NCBI RefSeq assembly: GCF_000143415.4
Contig: NW_003314467.1
Span: 1-7,343, forward strand
DNA from: Selaginella moellendorffii
Taxonomy: Eukaryota; Plantae; Lycopodiophyta
Length of the DNA: 7,343 nucleotides
Direction of reading: 5' to 3'
Part shown: positions 1-7,193 of the stretch, in pieces
How the letters are laid out: every line of letters starts with the position of its first letter
How positions within the stretch are numbered: position 1 is the first letter of the stretch
Notes under the pieces: model-generated
The model's database searches: none
The model's input: the letters and a program-made list of their open reading frames with translations, nothing else
What the model was told of the DNA's origin: nothing
Program-made: the position numbers and the translations under genes

Positions 1-416
1 ACCTCGAACTCAGGTATATCACTTTCGTCACTACTTTTCTTTTCCCTTTCTAACTGCTTTACTTCCAGGAAATTGATCTTTCATATACTTCAGTGCCACC
101 ACCCGGACTGCAGGAAATAGTGCCAGAGTTTGTAATACAACGGCCTCTTACTGAGAAGGACTACCAAATAGTTCTTGGTGTGGAACGATTCAGAGATATT
201 CTTCCAGCCTGTAGATCAGGCAGAAGTGGGAGAAATGGCATCCATTGCCATGAGGAGAGTGCCAAACTAACTTGTCAGCCGAGTTATGGATGGGATGATT
301 CTACTCACAGGTGGAAACTGCGAGTTTGATGGATTTAACAAGAGGATGTTCTTGGAGAGATCGATCACTGGGCTCGGTTATCAGAGTGGTGTGAGCAGCA
401 GACCCGTGGTATGATG
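1..416 (+). pseudogene. ARP5: Actin-related protein 5 (INO80 complex subunit), C-terminal pseudogene fragment
   Basis: Exon end 1-13, intron 14-68, then from 69 EIDLSY...RPLTEKDYQIVLGVERFR; shift at ~193 to EIFFQP-VDQAEVGEMASIAMRRVPN*LVSRVMDGMILLTGGNCEFDGFNKRMFLE; shift at ~362 to RSLGSVIRVV*AADPWYD. This follows the recalled plant ARP5 C-terminus (EID...RPLTEEDY.IV.G.ERFRCPEILF.P..IG.DQ.G..EM.....RR.P....ILMTGG....G.N.R...R..GS.I.VVRA.DP..DAW). Two frameshifts, stops at 268-270 and 392-394, and truncated before the AWRG motif. Confidence 0.85.
14..68 (+). other. 55-nt spliceosomal intron in the ARP5 fragment
   Basis: CAG|GTATAT...TTCCAG|GAA, pyrimidine-rich, branch site CTAAC at 50-54. Phase-0 splicing gives ..R.Q|EID, matching the recalled ARP5 RLQEID. 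Confidence 0.8.
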
Positions 417-669
417 AGGAATAAGAACTTAAGCTGATACAAAACAAGCTGCACTCTGTGTTTGCATCAGGTAGTTTCTTTAGTTTTTTTTTCAGAGGTT
501 TACATAGCAGATTTAAAAGATGAGTCGCTATTTTAGTGGTTCATGGCATTGATTTCAGTAATGTAGTGTTCATTCCAACTTTTAACATTCGTAAAGACAA
601 TTTCCAACAAGCCAAAATTGATTCTAATGCATCCAATGGTATATAGTATAAGAAAAAATTGATAAACAG

Positions 670-905
670 GACATGTACATGAAATGTGGAAACTTGGTGG
701 ATTCTCAGCCAGCTTTGACAAGATGGCTTGCCACAGTGCTGTGTCATAGATGTCACTGATGCTGGGATTGGCAAGGAGGTGGTTCTGGAGTTGTTTGTTT
801 GTGATGGTTTTGCCATAAGCCTCTCCACGGTGCTTAAGTTGTGTGGGAGCCTGGTGGATGTGTGGCTTAGAGAAGGAGAGGGTCACTCCCAGGCGTGTAG
901 AAAAC
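670..905 (+). pseudogene. PLS-class pentatricopeptide repeat (PPR) gene fragment, about 1.5-2 motifs
   Basis: DMYMKCGNLVDSQ (670-708), shift to FDKMACHSAVS*MSLMLG (714-767; W codon TGG>TAG at 747-749), shift to GKEVVLELFVC...SLSTVLKLCGSLVDV....HSQ. Fits the plant PPR consensus DMYxKCGxLxDAxxVFDxMxxxxVVSWxxLxxG...ALELF...LKACGSL...H. Confidence 0.8.
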
Positions 906-964
906 AATGCTGCCCTGTCAAACTCAGTAAAATTTTTTGGAATCTGACTTTGTTCTTATGTCAG

Positions 965-2175
965 GATTTCAGGATAAATACAACACAGAGAATAGGCCTT
1001 GGCCTTGCTTTAGAGGGCTTCACTAATAAGATCTACGAGGCATAGAACATAGTTAAATTCATCACATTTGTTCCTGTTATTTTCAACTGCAAATGTGTTG
1101 TCCCATCCAGCCAAATGACTACTCAGATTCTTCTCAGATAATTCAAATTCTCTGCTTGAGAAAGTTGTTATCACAACAAACAAGTACTTCAAGCCACCTG
1201 GATTGCTGTTAAGATTGGATCGTGAGTTAAAAGCTTTTGGATAGATTTCTTTCACCATTTTTTGCCGGTCTACACAACTTTAGTCACATGTAAGTTCATT
1301 GGCTACCTCATTGTCAATGCCACTTTGTTTCAGTGCGCCAGATAATACTAAGATATATGTGAAACATCAACTACTCATGCAACTTAGGGAAGGTTAATAT
1401 GACACATGTCTTGGAGCTTCCTCTTCATAGTGGCCTCCCATGCCTCACTTCCATCATCAATAGTATGTGATGAGTGAGAACGAACGAAATGCCTTTAAAA
1501 GAATTAAAGAATAGACAGATTTACATAACATATAATATGTATAAGATGAGCATCTCTAGCAAATTTCTCCAGTTGTACCTTGAAGCATTGTTCAAAAAAA
1601 TGCAAAGAGTAAGACAAACATCCAGATGACCATTGTGTTTGTAGTGCCATATAACAAGAGGATCTACCTCCAGAACTAAGTGACTTGTGCAACCTTTCTG
1701 AGCCACCCAACTTCGACAACGCTTGGGCCATAAAAATCCTCTTCTAATGTTTTTCTGATCAGACAAGTTGCATCAAAGAACTTCTTAATTTCATGATTGG
1801 AGTTTAGACTATGACCCTTTACAGGAGTAGTTTTTTTTTTCTAGATTCTTGAGAGTCCAAAGCTGGTTGCCAGAATCTGGTAATTGAACTTATAGATGTA
1901 TACTCTTTCTCTTGGTTTTGAAGGTATTCTTAATCAACTTAGTTCAAAGACTTATGAAGAGCTCATTGAATTGCTAAAAGACTTACTGGTGGTGGGGAGA
2001 ATGCAAAGAGAAACTCTCCCATTCTTTTCTGACAAATTGTCAACTACCAACTTTAGAAAAGGATAATCCCAGGATCTTTGCCAATAATTTCTTCCCCTCT
2101 TTGACACGGCTAGAGTGGATGCAAATGCTGAAGCTGCATTTTGCACCTGCAAAGTTTCTGTGACCAACTTGTAGC
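965..2175 (+). pseudogene. Decayed multi-exon gene of unrecognised family
   Basis: Candidate short GT-AG introns at 927-964 (CTGAC branch site), 1290-1333, 1393-1430, 1539-1572 and 1880-1923. They separate protein-like frames broken by isolated stops, e.g. QEDLPPELSDLCNLSEPPNFDNAWAIKILF*CFSDQTSCIKELLNFMIGV and GILNQLSSKTYEELIELLKDLLVVGRMQRETLPFFSDKL. No family recognised. Confidence 0.45.
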
Positions 2176-2272
2176 ATTAAAAGCTGTAAATGACTATTCA
2201 ATTGCACTCCTTTAACATGGCTCTCTCTTTTCTTTTTTTTTAAAAAACTAAAAGAAAAGGCTACCTAAGATG

Positions 2273-2322
2273 CCACCAAGTCTCATTACTGGGAGAACCA
2301 CCAAGTCTTATTATAGGGAAAA
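2273..2322 (+). repeat. Imperfect 25-bp tandem repeat, 2 copies
   Basis: ccaccaagtctcattactgggagaa (2273-2297) and ccaccaagtcttattatagggaaaa (2298-2322), 21/25 identical; subterminal to the Helitron-like end. Confidence 0.8.
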
Positions 2323-2425
2323 TCATCATAAGTCATTGTTCTATTTTTTTTTTTTGAAAATGTGTTGTTCTAACCCAAAGTATGTATGATTACATTTTTT
2401 CATATTGAAAACATTCTTTACTTTT

Positions 2426-2452
2426 TTCCAGCGGAGCTGGGATCCCTGCTAG
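2426..2452 (+). terminator. Helitron 3' terminal signal (hairpin + CTAG)
   Basis: TT-CCAGC-GGA-GCTGG-GA stem-loop (5 perfect bp, extended by a T.G and a T-A pair), then CTAG at 2449-2452 followed by T and a short TA run. Confidence 0.7.
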
Positions 2453-2462
2453 TATATATATA

Positions 2463-2629
2463 TGTGAGTGTTTGGAATAAGGAAAGGAAATACAGAAAAT
2501 GTGCATATCAATTAACAAAAAAACCTTAACTTATATACAGAAGTGAGTGGTCCGGATTGAAACAGCTACCAAAATCCCACTATGCTAATATTAGTATATG
2601 GCATTGTAGCCATACACTTGGCCCTCACA
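2463..2629 (-). repeat. 3' LTR (167 bp) of the minus-strand Ty3/Gypsy element
   Basis: Minus strand begins TGTGAGGG (2629) right after the polypurine tract and ends CACTCACA (2463): TG...CA ends with a 7/8 terminal inverted repeat. Internal TATATAA at 2537-2531 (-). Confidence 0.8.
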
Positions 2630-2644
2630 TCATCCCCTCCTCTC
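2630..2644 (-). promoter_or_regulatory. Polypurine tract (plus-strand primer site)
   Basis: Minus strand GAGAGGAGGGGATGA lies between the integrase stop (2662) and the LTR TG. Confidence 0.8.
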
Positions 2645-2661
2645 AGAATAATGGAAGACCA

Positions 2662-3760
2662 TCAAGGTTCTCTTATAGATAGGCCAGAATCGAGAGGAAT
2701 GTCAAGAGGAGGCATCAACGGATCTGTAGGTGGTATTAATTGCTCTTGATCCCTTGGTATAAAGCATTTCAGCCACTGCACATGCACAATCTCTAGAGGA
2801 TCGCCCTGTTGGATGTTATGCCGGACCTCATACACTTGTGGTCCAACTTGCCAAGTCATCCATTTTGTACTCTGTAGGTGGATGATGATGGGAGTTGTAG
2901 CACTGCTGTTGTCCTACTTGTACACAGCCTAAGTATTCTGCAGACTCCGCTTAGACCAGTGGAAGAATGCTCGTTAAATACTGATCCCACGACCTAGCAT
3001 TGGTAGCTCATGGAAATTGTGAAGGTAAACCCAACTCCGTTAGTAATATTGGATCATGACCATATAAAAGTTTATATGGTGAAGCACCAATAGAACTTTG
3101 CACCCTTGTGACATATGCATACTAAAAAGACGGCAGATAACCATCCCAATCTAAATGCTGAAAGTTCATGTACTTCGTGATCATCCCTTTGAACGTCTGA
3201 ACAAGTCGTTCCACCAAATCATTTGATTGTGAATGATAAGCACTCGTGAAAGTGTGGCATATCCCCAACCGAGACGTCAAAACATGAAGTGCCTCAGCCA
3301 TAAATGTGGGACTATTATCTGAAAGAATCCACTCTAGACAGGAATGCTGAAACACCACTTGATTGAGGAGGAAGTATCCAACAACAGTGGCAGAGGCGCT
3401 AGCAAGAGCATCAACTTCCACCCAATGAGTCATGTAGTCAGAAGCAATAATAACATACTCATTGCTAGTAGTCGATCGTGGAAAAGTTCCCATAAGATCA
3501 ATCGCCACCAACTCAAATAGACGGGAAACTACAATTGACTCCAACCATCCTTTTGCAGCATGAGAAGGAGTATTATGAGCTTGGCACTAAACGCAGCTAC
3601 GCATATACCAGATAACATCACGTCGCATCTTCAGCCAATAGAAAACCTATGCAGCTTCTCGGCCGCACGACAATGTTCCATATGCCCACCTAAAATAGGA
3701 GAATCATAGTAGGTATGGAGAAACCGTGGAATAAAGACAGAAGGCACCACTAGCTGTAAA
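2662..3760 (-). pseudogene. Gypsy integrase (zinc finger, DDE core, C-terminal part)
   Basis: LQLVVP...YYDSPILGGHM...YWLKMRRDV..Y.RSCV*CQ (degenerate HHCC); AIDLMGTFP...SDYMT.WVE...ILSDNS..F...SAYHSQSNDLVER (D,D,E retained); C-terminal QVGPQVYEV...VHVQWLK.F. The GPY region appears deleted near 2860. Confidence 0.95.
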
Positions 3761-4080
3761 GGATTATTAGAATCCGTCCCCACAAAATAAAGAAGGCCAT
3801 CTTCAAGGCGATACTAAAAATGTAAATGCCAAAATGGCAAGTCATCAGCAAGTGATGTAGGATTCTCAAACCCATCTCGAAGCCTTCGAATCCATAGCTC
3901 AAGCTTTTGAGCCTCGCAAACCTCATCAAGAGAAGGTAGATTTTGCTCTGCACCTTGTAAACACTAAATGTCAAATATAACAACCGTCGATGGCACAGAA
4001 TCCTTGTCTAGAAAATCCACAGACGCCGGAACAACAAACTCATCAAAAATATGAGAAAAGAGTGGAAAAGGAAGAGGAGC

Positions 4081-4650
4081 TCGAGAAAGGGCATCAGCAT
4101 CAACCATAAAACTCCCAAGGCGATGAATAACATTAAAATCATATATCTGAAGCTTCAAAGCTCACTAAGCAATATAACCAACTAGGTTCTTTTGCTTCAA
4201 TAATGAAGTAATGGCAGCATGCTCACCTTCAAGTAACGTCCAAAAACCATGTAGATATACATGAAGTTTTTCAAAACCCCAGACTACTGCTAAACACTCC
4301 TTCTCAGTCGTGGAGTAGTTCACCTCCGTATAAGCAACCAAAGAGAATAATTTAAACTACGATCCATGGGGTTCAAATATAAAGGGAAAAGACCAATGAA
4401 TAAGAGTGCACTCCCTTTTCCAATCGGTTAAGGGTCTTGGGATACTTGGGGTTAAGTGTCTTTGGGTTTGAATAATATTAGGTTGAGTGACCTCCCGGGA
4501 AATCCAAATTCAGGAGCTTACACTCTGCTGGTTGTAATGTATAACTTATATATGCAACGGGATAGCATTGACTAGGCACACTTAGGCTCTCTTGCATCAA
4601 CACACCTCCAAGACCAATATCAGAATCATCCACACACAAAATAAAAGGTT
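4081..4650 (-). pseudogene. Gypsy RNase H, interrupted by a solo LTR
   Basis: FILCVDDSDIGLGGVLMQ...YPVAYIS.TLQPAE|insertion|VNYSTTEKECLAVVWGFEKLHVYLHG...KLQIYDFNVIHRLG..MVDADALSR. Confidence 0.93.
4329..4522. mobile_element. Solo LTR (194 bp) nested in RNase H with a 5-bp target-site duplication
   Basis: Ends TATAAGC (TGTAAGC with G>A)...GCTTACA form a 7-bp inverted repeat. Flanks CTCCG (4324-4328) and CTCTG (4523-4527). Removing the insert plus one flank restores PAEVNYSTTEKE in frame. TATAAA at 4378-4383 hints at + orientation. Confidence 0.85.
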
Positions 4651-4919
4651 GAGTGTAGTCAGGATATGCCAAAACTAGAGGGGTTGTCAAGAGCTTTTGA
4701 TATCCACAAATGCCTACTCACAATCCGGAGACCAGATGAAAGATGATGTTGATGACTTCAGTAATGCTCGCAATGGTGCAATGCAATCAGAAAGATGATC
4801 CATAAAATGACCAAGATATTGCACCTTTCCCATGAAACATTGTACATCATTCACACACTTCAGAGTAGAGAACTTTAGAATAGCCATAAGTTTGTTAGGA
4901 TCAACTTGCAAACCCTTAT

Positions 4920-5460
4920 GAGAAATACAGTACCCAAGATAAGTCATGTCCTTGGACCCAAATATGCACTTCGACTGCTTCAGCTTTAAACCAACATCCC
5001 GTAGCTGATCCAACACTTTATAAACATCATGAACGTGCTCCTCCCACGTCCCCTCTGAGTGGATCAAGAAATCATTAATGAAGTCAGTAGTCACCTCTGG
5101 TATATTGTAAAGAACTTCGTCTATCATCCGGTAGAAAGTTGCTGGAGCATTGTTCAAACCAAACGGCATCACCAAGAACTCGTACAAACCAGACAGTGTA
5201 TAAAAAGCAATCTTAGGAATATCTTCTTTGGCCATCAGTATTTGCCAGTACCCAGAAGTAAGATCTAGCTTGGTGAACTAACGACTTCACCCCAGATAAT
5301 CCAAGAGATCAGCAATGTGAGGAAAAGGGTACACATCTGGGATCGTCACTTTGTTTAATGGATGATAGTAGATGTAGAAACGAATACTCCCATCATGCTT
5401 TATCACAAGATAAGTTCACATGCCCAAGGACTCTGCGACTTCTAAATAACACCCTTCTTC
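4920..5460 (-). pseudogene. Gypsy reverse transcriptase, inactivated
   Basis: KGVI*KSQSPW...DGSIRF....LNKVT.PD.YPFP.I.DLLD.LG...FTKLDLTSGYWQI...AF.T.SGLYEFLVMPFGL.NAPATF...FINDFLI...YLGY.IS. The catalytic (Y/F)xDD reads FIND at 5082-5071. Confidence 0.95.
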
Positions 5461-5629
5461 AACATCTCTTTGACGTTTGCACGTAAAATCTTGATCTCTT
5501 TGAGTGATCGACGATGAACAGAAACCTTGATTGGATGAGCATCCCCAGTTGGAATCGGATGACGTGTGGCAATTTTGGCCTTAGATGATAAGTCAAATTC
5601 AAAGAGACTAGAATACTCCTTCATGAGCC

Positions 5630-5965
5630 TCAAAGTCACACTTGGCATGATTGCACTGCAACCAATCCATACCAAGGATGAGGTTAAAAGCTTGACTTAG
5701 CACCACCCGCAATGACTACAACCCAAGCTCAAAATCACCCACACGTACAACCAAATCCACCTCATCTCATGCATATGCATGTGTATGGCTGTTGCCATAA
5801 AGAATGAAAACTGGTTCTACTACACGATGCAAATGTAGACGGCAATGTGTGGCAATAGGTCGAGCAATAGAAGATAAACTCAAACTTGTATCAACTAACA
5901 TAGAGAAAATAATAAGAAACCTCTTATTATAAAAACGAGTTTGGAAAGTAAATACTACATGAACT
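5630..5965 (-). pseudogene. Retropepsin aspartic protease, degenerate
   Basis: MLVDTSLSLSSI (D at 5892-5890; DTG>DTS) and downstream FNLILGMDWLQCNHAKCDF. Confidence 0.85.
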
Positions 5966-6333
5966 GGTGTTGAGTGAACCCCTTGATGATACTCCCAAAA
6001 GAAAGATGGAGGGGTCACTGACTTATTTGTGCAAGGTCCTTTTATTACTTATAATGGACTTCATCACGGGACTCCCCCTAAGTGAGGGGTTTGATGCGAT
6101 ATTTGTGGTGGTGGACCGATTTTCAAAGATGGCCTATTTCATACCCACTACAACAGAAGTGGATGTAGAAGATGTGGCGAAGTTGTTCTTTGAACAAATG
6201 GTTCGAATGTAGGGAAGGCTAGAAGAGATTATCTCAGATCGAGATAAGATCTTCATCAGTAGGTTCTGGAGAACTCTCCTGGAACAATATCACACTAAGT
6301 TGAAATTCAGCACAGCCTATCAGCCACAGACAG

Positions 6334-6380
6334 GTATTGAGTATTAAGTCAAGTTTGATGGCAGTAACACTTCTTGACAG
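6334..6380 (+). other. 47-nt GT-AG intron (phase 1) in the integrase core
   Basis: ACA G|GTATTG...GTAAC ACTTCTTGACAG|AC GGA CAA ACG GAA. Splicing gives T-D-G-Q-T-E with no residue gained or lost. Confidence 0.8.
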
Positions 6381-6798
6381 ACGGACAAACGGAAAGGGTG
6401 AATAGGCAGCTGGAGGATTATTTGTGATGTTATGTCTCGGGAGACCAGACCGATTGGGTAAATCATTTAGGACTTGTGGAAATATGCTATAACAACTCAC
6501 CACACTCGAGTATTAGGGTGAGTCCATGGGAAGTTATCAATGGGCGAGCTATTGAAGGTCCTGTGGAAATCGGTGTGGCCGAGTATCATGGAGAGTTACC
6601 TACAGCGGAGGCATTCACGGCGGAAAGACTCAACATTTGGAATCTAGTGAGGGATTCCTTGGAACAGGCTCAATAAAGGCAAACCAAGTATGTGAACTAG
6701 AAGTGCCGGGACGTAGAGTTCCAACTTGGGGAGAAAGTGTGGCTGGACATCAAGAACCTAAGACTAACAAGTGGGATCAGCCGAAAGTTGACCCAAAG

Positions 6799-6850
6799 GT
6801 AAAAATGCATGTATTCCTAGAAATGAATTGATCTTGAGTTTCTTAAGCAG
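6799..6850 (+). other. 52-nt GT-AG intron (phase 2) just before the GPY motif
   Basis: CAA AG|GTAAAA...TTTCTTAAGCAG|G TTT GTG GGG CCT TAC. Splicing gives KLTQRFVGPY exactly. AT-rich, in an AG|GT proto-splice context. Confidence 0.85.
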
Positions 6851-7031
6851 GTTTGTGGGGCCTTACAAGATTGAGGCACGAATCGGTAAAGTGGCTTACT
6901 ACTTCTGACTTCCTCGAGAGATGGGGAAGATGCACCTAGTGTTTCATGTGAACTTACTCAAGTCATACTTTGAAGATCTCCTTTGCAAGGACCAAGTGAG
7001 ACATTTACCTGAGGTTATTCAAGGGGAAGAG

Positions 7032-7193
7032 GAATATGAAGTTGAGGCCAACCTTAATGCATGCAAGAGCAAGTGACAAGGACATGAGATGAGGGAGTTC
7101 CATATGAAGTGAAAAGGATTTCCACATTGTGAAGCAATATGGGAATCGGAAGAGAACCTAGCGAATGCGCGAGATCTAGTGGAGGAATTTCTA
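7032..7193 (+). other. Chromodomain (group I-like) at the integrase C-terminus
   Basis: EYEVEANLNACKSK*QGHEMREFHMK*KGFPHCEAIWESEENLANARDLVEEFL matches EYEVE.I.......YLVKWKGY.....TWEPEENL.NA..LV.EF. Cage positions: Y (7035), W>stop (7110), F. Confidence 0.9.

Larger units (their letters stand above)
1..2452 (+). mobile_element. Probable non-autonomous Helitron, 3' part (5' end outside window), carrying captured gene fragments
   Basis: Helitron-type 3' end: GC-rich hairpin CCAGC-GGA-GCTGG (2428-2440), 8 nt spacer, CTAG (2449-2452), then T (2453). Upstream lies a patchwork of unrelated gene fragments, all on the + strand. No Rep/helicase and no 5' TC end visible in the window. Confidence 0.6.
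2463..5970 (-). mobile_element. Degenerate Ty3/Gypsy LTR retrotransposon (non-chromovirus), 5'-truncated
   Basis: Domain order PR-RT-RH-INT, then PPT and LTR. No chromodomain and no additional RNase H seen. gag, PBS and 5' LTR are missing. Many stops, frameshifts and internal deletions. Confidence 0.95.

Noticed and set aside
93-329. 78-aa ORF as an intact small gene
   Set aside because: Only the first ~34 residues are ARP5-like; the rest is out-of-frame read-through after the deletion at ~193.
728-1045. VIDVTDAGIGKEVVLELF resembling an SDR Rossmann motif
   Set aside because: No TGxxxGxG motif; better explained as a frameshift junction within the PPR fragment.
533-2167. Minus-strand ORFs (533-907, 541-828, 1010-1258, 1504-1731, 1521-1766, 1952-2167)
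   Set aside because: No recognisable motifs; they are antisense to plus-strand pseudogene exons, and splice signals lie on the + strand.
2273-2335. 25-bp repeats as a CRISPR-like array
   Set aside because: Two adjacent imperfect copies with no spacers, in eukaryotic DNA.
5976-6053. EPLDDTPKRKMEG as integrase 'PL.IP...WE' followed by a third intron before MDFITGLP
   Set aside because: No GT-AG pair restores the motif, and the segment abuts the minus-strand protease frame. Left unresolved.
6210-7112. In-frame stops repaired by U-to-C RNA editing or read-through
   Set aside because: Such editing is organellar, and the TGG>TGA change at 7110 cannot be fixed by it; deamination decay is simpler.
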